A stretch of 64,000 bases of DNA, from NCBI GenBank assembly GCA_964270895.1, contig OZ185447.1; one strand, written 5' to 3'. The number at the start of each line of letters is the position of its first letter. Position 1 is the stretch's first letter. The stretch is from Podarcis filfolensis (taxonomy: Eukaryota). Below are positions 1 through 12,670 of this stretch, one piece after another. The notes below the pieces were generated by a model. It was not told the origin of the DNA, did no database searches, and worked only from the letters and a program-made list of their open reading frames with translations. The position numbers and the translations under genes were made by a program.

Positions 1-427
1 ACTCATTTCAGTGGGTCTACTCTGAGTACAGTCTCATCTGCACTATGCATTTAAAGCAGTATCATACCACTTGCCTACCCTCCAAAGAATCCCAGGAACC
101 ATAGTTTATTAAGGGTGCTAAGAGTGGTTAGGAGACCCCTATTCCCCTCAAAAGAGCTACCGTTCTCAGAGTGGTTATTCCCCTCTTCTGGGAATTACAG
201 CTCCAAGGGGAATAATGGCTCAGTACCTTTAACAAACTACAGATCCCATGATTCTTTGGAGGAAGCCATGACTTTTTAATGCGGTATGGTGCTGATTTAA
301 CTGTATAGTGCAGGCGGGGCCTGGGACTAGCACTGGATACAACTCGGAGGATGTGGAACTGGTGCTTTATCCCTAAACTGTGGACTGTTTGTCATAGGAA
401 ATGAATTAACTGTTAGTTTTGTCCTAG

Positions 428-520
428 GAAAGAGAATACATCCAACAAGGCAAAGCAGCAATGGAGGTGGTCGACCAGATCTTAGCCCAAGAGGAGAACT
501 GGACATTTGAGAGATGCAGT
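428..520 (+). CDS. STARD3: STARD3 internal exon (START domain start); gene begins upstream of the window
   Basis: tag|GAA...AGT|gtaagt; 93 nt; [31 protein letters not shown], like human [31 protein letters not shown]. Confidence 0.95.
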
Positions 521-1205
521 GTAAGTTTATGGTTCCTGAAAGATGACTTATCGCCCTTGCAGGGGGGAGGGCGGAAGCGGTGTCAGTCTTCTGATCAGAT
601 TTCGAAAAGAAGTAATCATCTATTTTAAGCTGGATAGGGCTGTTCGGCTCTCCCTGAGCGTAACCTTAGCATGTTTACTTTTAAGAATCTTGGGGAGCCT
701 TGCCATGAGATGAGAGAGCCTTGTTTTTCAGTAGCTGCTCTTTTAAATGCCTCCCCCACATGGTGAAATAGCGGTACTGTCTTTATTTTGCACACCACTT
801 AAAAGCTTGTTCTGCAACTAAACAGCATAGAAAATTAGGATGATGACTTAATTTTCAAAAAGAAGTAATGCTTCAATTGTGTGACTCGACACCCTCCTCC
901 CCTCTTGAGATTTGTTTTTTTTTAAGATGCATATTTTTGCTATTCCTGGTGGGGTGTTTTTTTGCAATTCCTGCTTTTGCTATTCCTACTGTGGTTTGTA
1001 CCTTGAACTTGTGCATCTTCTGATAGCAGCACTGGAACCTGGCGCTTAGAGGAGAGGGTAGAATATTAGCATGCTCTTAAACAGCCCTGTGTCCTAGCGA
1101 TGGGCAAGAGGCCTAATTCAATGCTGGAAGTTCTCGCAGTGCTGCACAAAAGCAGCTCTGGCCTTCCACTGTGGAACTCATGTGCCCTCCACCCCTCTCA
1201 TGCAG

Positions 1206-1268
1206 GAGTTTGGCGACACGGTTCACTCTCTGGAAATGCCATTCTACGGCAAGGTGTTCATCCTGAAG
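1206..1268 (+). CDS. STARD3: STARD3 exon
   Basis: cag|GAG...AAG|gtaagt; 63 nt; EFGDTVHSLEMPFYGKVFILK. Confidence 0.95.
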
Positions 1269-2217
1269 GTAAGTTGCCTTGACTTTTCCTCTGAAGCCGA
1301 TGACTTGCAGAAGTCGCAGTCTTCCTCCTGCACCTTCAGTTAAAAAGAGATGGAGGGTGGAGGCTGTTGCACAGGAATTAAAATCTGGAAGGAGTGTTGT
1401 TTGTAGGATTGGGGGAGAGGAAGCAGAACGGGTGAGGCAGCCGTCCATTCTGTCTGGATTCCTCTTTGGGGATATGGGGGGGGGGGAATGAATGTTAATT
1501 TGCTTCTAGCAGCGAAACAAACTTTTGTTTCCACTTGCTTTGCCAAGCATGAACTGAACTTGTGTTTTCATTTTCTGGGAGCACGGAATGTGTGCTGCCC
1601 AGTGGAAATAAGACCATTGCCATGGGGTAACTAAGCTTCCCAGAGATCATTCTTTAGTTTCCATTGGCTTGGGTTAATTTCATCCCTCTTGGAAAACTTC
1701 CCCGTTGGAGAACTTGGGTGGCAGCGGTCTTCCTTTTTCAACAAATCAGGGCTGGGCTGGGAACCTTTTTCAGCCCAAGGTCTGAAGTCCCTTTGGGATT
1801 ATTTACTATGGTCTGCTTGCCAGCAACGGATGAGGCCAAAGTCACAGCCATACATCCACATGCTCCCCCATAATTCACACATCAAAGGAGTCTTCATTTA
1901 AGTGACCTTTCTTGCATCCTCCATGCAGGCATCCCCATGCCCTGCAAGGCGTAGGAAAAACCACAAGGCAAAAATATGGCATTTTCATCCATTTTCATTT
2001 ATTCCCTCTATCCATTCTTACTGCCCCTTTCCCCCATATTCAAGGCTCTTTAGGACTCTTCAGAGGCTTTTTGGGGGGAGAGGGCTGCTTGTCGGCTCTT
2101 CCTAGCTAGGTTCCCTTTGCATCCCTTGGGGGACTTTGTAGGCGAACCCTCCTCAGAGGGACAGGGCAGAGCTAGTAAAAGAGAGCTGGGCGATAAACAA
2201 GCCTCCCTCCCTTGCAG

Positions 2218-2313
2218 GCAATTCTACAGTGTCCTGCCGAGATAGTTTACCAGGAGATGATTCTTCAGCCGGAGAAGATGGTCCTGTGGAATAAAACCTT
2301 GTTAGCATGCCAG
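2218..2313 (+). CDS. STARD3: STARD3 exon
   Basis: cag|GCA...CAG|gtaggt; 96 nt; [32 protein letters not shown]. Confidence 0.95.
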
Positions 2314-3205
2314 GTAGGTCTTGGCAAACTCAGCTGCTAATTACTTATCCCTAAATTATAACTCCTGGCTTTAGTCACTCTCAATCTCCTCTAGTCTTTG
2401 ATGAGGGGCAAAACAGGGAACAAATGAAAACCTTTTGTATGTGCATCTCTCACCGCTGTGAATTGTTGTCTGTGTTTCCCACTTAGGGAGGAAGTTTTGG
2501 GCTAGGGTGGATTATATATTGAGGTCCTTCCTTGATCTCTGTTGGACATGGCAACCTTTCAAGTTTTTCCTGTCCTACAGTTTCTGCATACTTCCTTGAG
2601 CTCCTCAGAAGCTGCTTGTGATGAAGCTGCCACTGAGTGCCTTGTTTCACCTTTCTTAGCATGAACGGGGAAGCTTTTGCCCCTTGGGAGTTTGACACCA
2701 TTTGCATGGCTGAGGGATGGGTTGCTACTTCTGCACTGTGTTGTGGGGTTTCTTCCTGAAGTGCCTGCGGGGGAGCAGGCACACAGGGCAAACAATTTCA
2801 CATTTAGTTGAAACAGAACTGAGGTGTGGCAAAATGATTTAGAAGCGCAAACCATCTAATGGGATAAACCCAACCCTGTTTAAGGCTCTCTGTGGCATTC
2901 TGCAAGGTTGTTCGTGGTGCAGCTTTTAGATTTTGTTTTCTTGCAAGCATGAGTCCTTCTGTCTTAGTTGATGTCAAAGTCCTACACGGAGCCCTGCGCT
3001 CAACTGAACCAAATGCTATCACAATTCCCCCCCCCCCCCCATGTAACTGGGAATTGTTTTTGTGAAGGTGCTGAACATTTCCCATTAGGTCTCTGTATTT
3101 CCCATAGGCAGCATTCCTGGAGAGAGAGAGAGACTGTGTTTTCTTAGATAGATTTATGACAGCAGAGGTAGAGGGAAGCATCTCGTTTTTCTTCTTTCTT
3201 GACAG

Positions 3206-3285
3206 ATCTTGCAACGGATTGATGACAACACAATTGTATCCTATGATGTAGCAGCTGGTGCTGCTGCTGGCGTTGTGTCACCCAG
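3206..3285 (+). CDS. STARD3: STARD3 exon
   Basis: cag|ATC...AG|gtgagt; 80 nt; [26 protein letters not shown](R). Confidence 0.96.
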
Positions 3286-3365
3286 GTGAGTCCTGGTTTG
3301 GCCTCGACCCTTGACAGTCCTTTCTTTTTAAAGGAGGGTGATGACCTCTTGTTTTGTGTTCCCAG

Positions 3366-3470
3366 GGACTTCATAAATGTGCGTCGGATTGAGAGAAGGA
3401 GAGACCGGTACATTTCATCAGGGATGGCAACAGTTCACAGCGCACGTCCCCCTACTTCCAAATATGTCAG
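3366..3470 (+). CDS. STARD3: STARD3 exon
   Basis: Follows an 80-nt intron; 105 nt; [34 protein letters not shown](R). Confidence 0.96.
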
Positions 3471-5590
3471 GTATAAAGAGTCCTATGGATGGTGCTTTGA
3501 TCTATTTTATTACCTGTAGGTTTCCTCCGATGCACTGGCTTAAATCGTGCATAAGTCTTTGACTTTTAATTTCTGAAGAATAAAAAGTTTCATGGGCAAT
3601 CCACCTGGACAAGATACAATGCAAATTACACTATCACTTCCCAAAATGAAAATAAGACCTTGGATACTTCTAAAACTGGGTAGCCTAGTATGTAATGTGA
3701 AATGAGACAACATGAAACTATATGGTAGTTTTATGCATAATTTAGGGGGACTCCTCAGATATTTAGAAATAAAAATTAAAGGGGGGGATTAACAACCTGG
3801 TTAACCAAGGACTGAATGTCTTCTAGAACCAACAGAATGCTAAGCTGGGGTGGGGAGAGAGGGAATTAGCCTGGCTGAACCTCTGATTGTTTAGTATCCT
3901 GGAGAGGTGGACATTAGGTTCAGAGGAATCTGCACCACAGGGCTAAAATATCCCCCTCCCTGTACTGTATGGGGAAGTTTTAGGAGGAAGCAAAGGGGAA
4001 AGGGCACCTTTTCCCTTTCTCCTTCTGCAGAACTAAACCTGAGCTCTTCAGTGCTAAATAGCACAGTAGGGGAAGGTTTCACGAGGATGGGGAAACAAGA
4101 AAGGTGTTTTGCATGTGACTGACAGTCAGTAACCCTTGATCCTTGGGGAAGTCGCAGGTGTTGAGGTGTCCACTCAAACCAGCTTTTCAACGAAATGGTT
4201 CTTCAGTGCTTCCTGGGTGTCTAGTCCAACTTTGGCTCCCAGCTGCTGTCTTGTGATGAGCAGAGCTCTTGCCCGAGCATCAAGGCCTCCTTTGTTATTC
4301 TCAGAGCCTCTGCCTCAGGTGACCAGCCAGGGTGTCTTTGCTCACCAACTTCATTTTTCTGACTAATAGCATTAAAAAGTCATTGGCCTTTAGCTCAGCA
4401 TCTGCGTAGCTGTTGGGGGAAATCTGTGAGAAGGGCAGCGTACATTCCCCACATCGCATGCACATGATGAAATACAATGCTCCTTGTCTCTTTGTCTTGA
4501 TCAAGCTGATTGGATTTCTAGCATTTGAAATGCGTGGGAAGTGGTTGAAAATATGAGTTTTCTACTTCAGGTGTCCACACACTGAAACTGAACAGGCATG
4601 ACACCTGTTGCCGCCTGCTCTTCTCTTCCCAAACACCATTCCCTCTAAACTGCTGTTGCCTTTCTGGTTTCCACTTTGCCAGGCAAGAAGTTCCAAGGGC
4701 ACTACACAGCTGGGTTTAGTTTCCCTTGGATGGGGGTGCACGGATGACTTCAGATTACTTTTGTAAAACTTGCTTTCGGTGACAGCAAACACACTCCTCC
4801 AGCAAGACAGGAGCTTGCTCTTTTAAATGGGAACTGAGGCACTCCCATAAAAATGCAGCACATGCACAGATGCTCATGGCTTCTGACGTTATTAATGGCC
4901 TGGCCTGGGCCCAAGGTATCTGTAAGAACCCATTCCTCTATGGCCCATGCCATAAAACCCCTGCTGCATGTATCAGCATCTTCAGAAAAGTGCTCAGGGA
5001 GGGGGTTTTCTGTCTCATTTATGGAAGAGGAGGCCTGCCAGGATCTTCTTTGTGCTGAGGACTGAAAAAAGTGAGGCTCTAAAACCGTATCGGGGGATGG
5101 GGGGAATTCAGTTACTCATAAGACGGGGAAAATTGGTATGTGCTTGATATTTTCATGATTTCAGAGTACACTGCTTTGGGCACAGGATTTTATATATCAA
5201 GCCCAATTCTTTCATGGGCAACCTTCCAGGGGCTGTATGATGGCGGATGGGGTGGAGCCACAGGCAAAAGTAGATGTGGCAATGGGTATGCCTCTTGCAG
5301 ATATTCCACCCATGAAAAAGCCAGGTTTCTGCAAAACTCTTCCGTTCTCCAGCCAGACAAGCGAGAGACATGGTCGCAGTTCAAAGACACATTCCAATCA
5401 GGAAAGAACACTTCCGGGCCAAGCCAGAGGAGAGGGGGCATGGCTTAGGGGGTCCAGAGGGCCAGGTGGAGAGACACAGAGGGCCACATTCAGCTCCTGG
5501 GCATGTGGCTCCACACATCTGTTCTAGGTAATAGCCAGCTATTAAATTGCTTCTGCTGTGACAACTCTCCCCGTTGTTGGCTTTTTCCAG

Positions 5591-5684
5591 GGCGGAAAAT
5601 GGTCCAGGTGGTTTCGTTGCTCTGAAATGTCCCACTAACCCGAACCTCTGTACCTTGTTCTGGATACTCAATACAGACCTCAAG
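5591..5684 (+). CDS. STARD3: STARD3 exon
   Basis: cag|G...AAG|gtaagg; 94 nt; [31 protein letters not shown]. Confidence 0.96.
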
Positions 5685-6837
5685 GTAAGGCATGTCTTGT
5701 CCTTGAGTGTTTTCAGTTGAATGAGCCAGATTGTGACCATTTCTCTCCTGCTCTACCACTGTTGTGTTTTGCTTTTTAAATGGCTCGTTGTCACGTCCAA
5801 GGTCTCAAACCTTGGAAATTTCTGGGTCCTGGGTCCTGATTAGACGTTTTTCACGTGAATCAAACGGCAATGTGGCCCAGATGCTGTAGTGCCATTAAAA
5901 TCTATTCCTGCTCCCCTCTGATGGACGTGGTATGTGGTTGTACTGCTGAGGATCAAGATGTGCCTTGGAGAACGGTCCAAGTAAGAGGCGAGGGCTGCTC
6001 TCCCTCCAGAATGCAGAATCAGACCAATTGCATAGCTTTGCTAGCCAATGAGTGCCCTGTTTGGGGATATAACTTGGACCTGATGAGATGAAAGAGAGGT
6101 GCTGAACAGAGGAATATGTAGGAAAGAGGGAGATTTTAAGGAAACCCTACGTTGAACCACCCAGAGATCTATGGGTATAGGGGCAATGTACAAATTTAAT
6201 AAATATAGTAGTAGTGGTAGTAGTAATAGTAGTAGTAATACTATCCTGTTGTGTTTATATACCTAACATAACAGTGTTACCTGTAACAAAATGTTGCAGT
6301 GTGACTGACAACCCACTGACACAGTTAAGGATTATCATGCTTGCCAGCTGGGATCAGAAATTGCTCAGTTCTGTGGTTCCTTTCTCTGTGGCATTCTCTT
6401 AATCTTATGGTTTAAGGGGAGGAGCCATAGCACCATTGTAGACCGCATGCTTTGCATGTGAAGAAACCCCAAGGTGCGCCACTGGCATCTCCAGGTAGAT
6501 ATAGGGAAAGCGCTCTCTTATGAAAACCAGGAGAGCTACTCCCCAGTCCGTGTGAACCACCCTTGAGGTAGGTGGACCAATGCATGGATTCAACATAAGG
6601 CAGCTTCCTATATTCCTATGTTCATTTCTACTGCCCCAGCTTAAAGAGAGCAGTGGTTGAGCACATGCTTAGCACTGGATGCCTTGGGTTCATTTAGTGG
6701 TATCTCCAAACAAAGGGGATGTTGGGCAAAGACCTGAGAAATGGTGCCAGTTTGGGCCAGGCAGACCACTGCAGCTTCAGAACCTGTATCAGAGTTGAAG
6801 ATGCTTCTCTGGCTTCATCCTTCGTCTCTTCTTGCAG

Positions 6838-6942
6838 GGCCGACTTCCCCGCTACCTCATCAACCAAAGCTTGAGCGCCACCATGACGGAATTTATTTTC
6901 CACCTGCGCAAACGTATTATGGAGGTCATGGCGAGGTCTTAG
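6838..6942 (+). CDS. STARD3: STARD3 last coding exon
   Basis: cag|GGC...TAG; [34 protein letters not shown]. Confidence 0.96.
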   Translation, partial: GRLPRYLINQSLSATMTEFIFHLRKRIMEVMARS

Positions 6943-7957
6943 GTTCTTGGAACTCCTTGCTCTGATGTTGCCTTTTGAGCGTGCTCAAACCCAACAAGGT
7001 CCAAAGAACTGGAGTATCTTTTTTCCTTCTTCTTCTACTTCTTCTTCTTCTCTCTCTTCCTGCCAGAGAACAAAGACAAAATCTCACAGCTGACGTTCTG
7101 GATCAGGCTGAAGAGCCTTTCCTTGTGTCTTCAGGTTGTCAGCCAGGTAAAGGGCTGAAGGTGATGACCAAATGGCAAGAGGGAGGTCGAGACAAAGCAG
7201 GTGGTCCGTGCCCAAGCGAATTGGTGAGAAGCACCAAGGTGGCTTCTTCCAGCCTTTCACCGATGATCAAAGTTAACATTGCTACTAGAACTTGAGCCAT
7301 GTATGGATTCCGATGTGCCAAATTCCTTCATGATCATGCTTCCAGAACCTGCTAAGTGCTTACCTGTATAGCCCCCTTCCTTTCTCCCTGGGTGTAATCA
7401 TGATTTGTGTGTCCATAAACTTAACCAGTTGCCTTCCATGGCGGAACAGAAGTGCACCATCAGATAACCTGCACACACAGTCGCACGGCTGAAGTGCAGC
7501 AGGTTAAGCCAGAAAGTGTCCCAGGCACTGCCACGGGTCGTCCACCTTTCGGCATAGCTGTGACGGCGTCAGGAGGTTTTACTGCCCGAATGTTTGGATG
7601 AAATTTGCCAATTGTATGGTTGGTAATGGCCAGAGAGAACGAAATCTCCTGCCCCCCTGTCAAGTACCTGGTCTTCAGTGGTGCACCAAAACTGACACCT
7701 TGGCTTGAAAGCATTGCTGTTCCCAGTTCCGTGTTGCTTTATTTTCCAGTTTCTCCTCCTGCCCATGAGTAGCAAAGACTATAAAATAAGCTTCCGTAGA
7801 CTAAACTGACCCTGTGGTTGGTTGGTGGTTCCTGGGTTTGATTGTGGCCTCATCATTCTGGAGTAGGCTTCAAATGTTAGTAATGGAGGCCAAGATCTAT
7901 AATTGGTTCTATTGACTTGTTAATATATAGAGAGGCCAGAGCCCTTATCTGCCACTC

Positions 7958-7995
<38 letters not shown>

Positions 7996-9419
7996 TGGAG
8001 GAGCATCCTTGGAAACTTCCTGCCTGGTGCCTATCAGAGCTAAGCATTGAAAGCAGCCTGTTGTTTCATGAAGCATGAGCTGGGTTTGCCATAGAAGTGA
8101 GACTAGTATAGACCTATCACCAGAGCAGATGTTTATATTAACCTCCTTCCTTCGCTCCCCAGAGTCCTTAAGTTGCCTTCCTCTGCTCTCCTGCATTCGC
8201 TGTTGATAACCAGTATTCTCCAGGTGAAAAACTACGTAGCTCATGAATCAGTCTTCAGAGCCTTGAGTTCTGTGTCTCTCTCCCCACACCCCACCTTGCT
8301 TGGGTGTAGAAAGCTGGAGATGTGGCGGACATAACATCTACAGGCCTTTTGGTCTGCCAATGACTGAATTTTCCTTGAGTGGAATCGACATTTCTAATCC
8401 CTTCAGAGGATCAGCTTTGGGACACAGGAGTGTGGGGCGGAAGTGAAATGCCTTTGCTTCAACATAATAAGTGCAATAATCCTGGCACAGAGCTAACATG
8501 CAACTTACCAGAAGTGTCCAAAGTTCTTGGCCTCAAATGTTAACTGTTGTCCAAAGCCATTTGGGTTAAACCGCACTGACTCTTGTGATTCTCCACTTCA
8601 GCGGGACAGCTTTCAGCAGAAGTAGTATGGGGGATTGCACAGAGATTGCAGCCTTAAGGCAGATTCCTGCACTTTTAAAGGCTCTAGAATCAGAATTAGT
8701 CTTGTAGCGAGAGTCACGCATGGCTGCTTGCTCGCTCAGTGCATTTGAAGACCCCAAGGCAGGACTTGAAGTCAAAAGGTTGAAATGAAAGCAAATAAAT
8801 ATATTCTGCACTGGATTTATTGGGGGAGCAAACTGCACACCTGGCTTACACAACAACGGGGCAACTAGCATGTGTGCCAGACCTGTTCTTGCAGGCGTAT
8901 TTTCAGCAGTTGAGGCCCCCCCCACTTTTGTATACTGGTTTCTCCCCTTTGCCTTGCCTCTGTGTGTTTTGTGCAGTGGGTGGAACTTGTAGAAGTCCTG
9001 TCCCCTCCATCTGATATCTTTGTCGGAATAGGGAGGCTTGTAAGAAGCTTTTCCTATTGCAGGGTGCGGTGAGTTTCCAGACACCACAATAGGCTTCCAG
9101 GGATGAAAAAGAGGCTCGCCATCCAGGGAAGTTGTCCGAAGTGACTTGCTTTACAATATTTCTGCATTTTTTGCCAGCATCGGAGATTTGCCCGAGTTCC
9201 TGTTTCTAAGAATCGGCTATTAATCTTATTAAAGCGCCTTGGGTTGTTCGTAAGCATTTCAAATGGACTGTGAAAAGGGAGGCTTACAGACTTCATGAAT
9301 CTAATGCACAGAAACTGTTTCCTTTTATGTGTGCATGGGGAGTGGACCTGCACACCTCATTTAAAAAGCCACTTGAATAACACGTATGCCTTTTGCATTG
9401 ATTCTTTGTTACTTGATCT

Positions 9420-9425
9420 AATAAA
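9420..9425 (+). terminator. Candidate STARD3 polyadenylation signal (about 2.5-kb 3' UTR)
   Basis: AATAAA ending a stretch with no recognisable transposon, followed by GT/T-rich sequence. Confidence 0.45.
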
Positions 9426-10500
9426 ATCTAGTGACAACTTTCCTCTGGCTCAATGTGTCTTTCTGCCTAGCATGGGATATCCCTTCACTTTCAAATCTCC
9501 ATCCCTGAAGAACGGAGCTAATCTACCAACTCAAAAATAGCACAGTGATGATATGACTCTTTTACCTTAATTGCTGAGCCCTGTGTTCCAGACTAGCTCC
9601 TGCTCCTCCTCTCTTTTAACTTATGTGAGCTGCTTTGGGAGACAGTAATTATCTGGAAAGCGGAATAAAACAATTACACAGTTTACTGGCATTTTGGCAG
9701 CATGATTGCAACCCTGCTTTCCCAGGGGCAAATCTCCGTGTGTTCATTGGGATTTCCTCCCCAGATCATTTGCCTGGGAATTTCAGAGTGTTCTATTGCT
9801 TTTGCCCTAGGAGCAATCCTGGGAAGCAGATTTACTGTTGTTCAGCATTTTACAGATGGAAAATTCTAATATAGAGAGTCTGATCTGATAACACCAGTTA
9901 GCAACTTACATTTAGAAACTGCTCACGGGTGCAGTCTACTTGCACAGCTAGTGTGCCGCCCAAGTGGTGAACTTCTACAGGGTTGCAGCTTTGAAGATCT
10001 ACTGTCCACATGAGTAGATTACTCCTGTGAGCATATATATATTTTTTAGCACAAGATAGGATGTTGGCCTTCCAGTGGAAAGAAATCCATGCACAACCCA
10101 AGGTCACAAAATGAGTTTTATAGTAGAAGTAAGGCTAAGAATTGCAAATGGGTATGTGGTTATTCTATTAACCCTGGGCAGAGTAAGGCTACTCTATAAA
10201 CAGCCATGACTTCCTCTAAAGACTTCTTGAAACAGAGTCGTTTGTGGACCCCTATTCCTGTCCCAGAGCTACAGTTCCCAGAGGTCCCTGTCACTATGGA
10301 TTGATTGCGGATTAATCCACTTTGGCGGTTGGGAAGCATGACTGTTTTTAAACTGTTATCATAGTACTTTAAGGTGGAATGTGGCCCGAGTAAGTCCAAG
10401 GCTGACCCAAGACATGTTGCTTCCGGAGGCAACGGGCAAAATAGCCCATACACATGCTCTTTCCACCTCTAGTAGCTAACTGAGCTGGCCACTGAATCCT

Positions 10501-10887
10501 AGGTAAAAAAGAAAGGTAAAGGATCCCTGGACAGTTAAGTCCAGTCAAAGGCGACTATGGAGTTGTGGCGCTCATCTCACTTTCAGGGCAAGGGAGCTGG
10601 TGTTTTTCCACAGACAGCTTTCCTGGTCATGTGGCCAGCATAACTAAACCACTTCCGGCGCAATGGAACACCATAATGGAAACCAGAGTGCATGGAAACA
10701 ATGTTTACCTTCCTGCCATAGTAGTACCTATTTATCTACTTGCACTGGTGTGCTTTCGAACTGCTAGGTTGGCAGGAGCTGGGACAGAGCTATGAGCTCA
10801 TTCCATTGCAGGGATTTGAACTGCCGACCTTCCAATCGGCAAGCTCAAGAGGCTTGAGTGGTTTAGACCACAGCGCCACCCGCATCC
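10501..10887 (-). mobile_element. Sauria SINE
   Basis: Reverse complement of the tRNA-like head (GGATGCGGGTGGCGCTGTGG) and ACCTTT tail; similar to copies at 20977, 23659 and 46137. Confidence 0.9.
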
Positions 10888-11342
10888 ACTGAATCCTACT
10901 TCAATACTAACAACAGGGCAAAGCACAGACCCTAAGGCAGTTATAAATGGGGAGGGCAAGATGCACAACACACAACTCTCTTCTCCAACAGAAGGAATGG
11001 TTGGGGAGCTCAGGAAGAAGAGCTATGGGACACCACTGCCTCCTCCCATAAGCCGCCAGAAGCAGTCACCTCACTCTGCCTAATGACAGGACCAGCCCTG
11101 CTAGGGTCAAACGACCTACTTGGCGATTAAGAAGCTCTGGGTGCAAGCCACTGTCTTGCCCACTGTAACCAAACTTGCAAAGTAGCTGTGAGGATAAACT
11201 GAGGTGGCTCCATTTATGCTACCCTGAGCTGCTTGGAGGAAGGGCTGGTTGCAAAAGGAATAGATGGCAAAATTTCTCCCAGTGGATAACATGGCAAGGC
11301 CTGGGTTCTGTTCTGCCTTTCCTTGCCTCTGCACCTTTGGCT

Positions 11343-11558
11343 TCATGTGGCTCCACAGTGCCTCACAACTCGTCTAATCCTGCGGTCTCTCTTCTTGAAG
11401 ATACGAAAAACAAACCTACATTTCATTACATATCAACACGGAGGCAACATACAATACACTATTTCATACTCTGCAGTTTGTTTTAAAGGCCTTAAGCTAT
11501 GGCGGAAGGGGGAGAATCTCACATGATCACTGCTTATGACGTGCAGATGATATTTAAA
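11343..11558 (+). promoter_or_regulatory. Putative MREG-like proximal promoter
   Basis: TCATGTG 11343-11349, TCACATGA 11519-11526, TGACGT 11537-11542 and TATTTAAA 11551-11558, upstream of the ATG at 11738. Confidence 0.5.
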
Positions 11559-11737
11559 GAGAATTCATATAATGCCTTTGCCTTCCCACCCCCCAAGCAG
11601 AGTTCCTTTACTACTTGGACTTACGCCTGCCCCATCCATTTTCTCTCCATCTTTTAACTTTGGTTTTTATTGCGTTTCAATATGCTGGTCTCAAGCCTGT
11701 CTTAGCATTTACAACACATTGCAAGAAAGAGAGAGAG

Positions 11738-11814
11738 ATGAATTTCTGGTACAAAGTTTGCAGCTGCTGTTGCCATATAGAAGAAGAACTGGAGAAGAAT
11801 CCATTGGTGGTTGG
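11738..11814 (+). CDS. Melanoregulin-like gene, coding exon 1
   Basis: ATG...GG|gtatgt; 77 nt, phase 2; MNFWYKVCSCCCHIEEELEKNPLVV(G), like the human MREG Cys cluster and EKEPLV. Confidence 0.85.
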
Positions 11815-12426
11815 GTATGTGTTACAAATCAGCTTTTTCATTTAGCAAGCCCCGAGCTTCTGCCAAATTTATAATAAGCAATGGCAGACAATGGCATAAA
11901 TTAAGGTTCTGCTTTCAAAGTGATGCTGTACAGAAGCTGGCAGTTCTGGAATTCTGGAAGTACAGAATATTGCTGTTTAGGGCCCCAGTTGGCCAGACAA
12001 CCCCACCCTTTCCCAGGATACTCCATTTCATCCCCACTCCCAACAACCAGATGGCATTTCCTTCCTCCATTAGAGCTCTGTGTCTAAATATTTCAGTTCT
12101 ACTTTTGCAAACCTTAGCATTCCCCCAAGCCTGCTGAAAACCTCCTCCTCCTGCAGTGGTGTTTTGGTTATGTAACTTACAGGATTCATCATGAAAGGAT
12201 TCCGCCTAACTTGCTTTCACACTTTAGCTACTGTTTCAATGTACAGTGCTTTGTTTGAGCCACAATCTTTGTGTGTGCCTTCACAAAAGCCCTCTTGAAT
12301 TATATGCACACTTTAATTCTAGGGCTGCAACATTAAATGCTTCTATTAATCAGCTTTTAATTAATTGGTCTCCTTTAATTGAGGGTGACTTTTTAGTCTG
12401 AAAAATTATTGTGAATAAATGTACAT

Positions 12427-12670
12427 AAAGGTAAAGGGACCCCTGACCATTAGGTCCAGTCGTGGTCGACTCTGGGGTTGCGGCGTTCATCTCGCTTTAT
12501 TGGCTGAGGGAGCCGGCGTACAGCTTCCGGGTCATGTGGCCAGCATGACCAAGCCGCTTCTGGCGAACCAGAGCAGCGCACAGAAACGCCATTTACCTTC
12601 CCGCCGGAGCGGTACCTATTTATCTACTTGCACTTGATGTGACCTTCTGATCGGCAAGTCCTAGGCTCTG
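12427..12670 (-). mobile_element. Sauria SINE, internally deleted, in MREG-like intron 1
   Basis: Tail and body match other copies; the middle segment is missing after TTGCACTTGATGTG. Confidence 0.88.

Noticed and set aside
8566-9087. 173-aa minus-strand ORF
   Set aside because: No recognisable domain or splice context; it is antisense to the probable STARD3 3' UTR.
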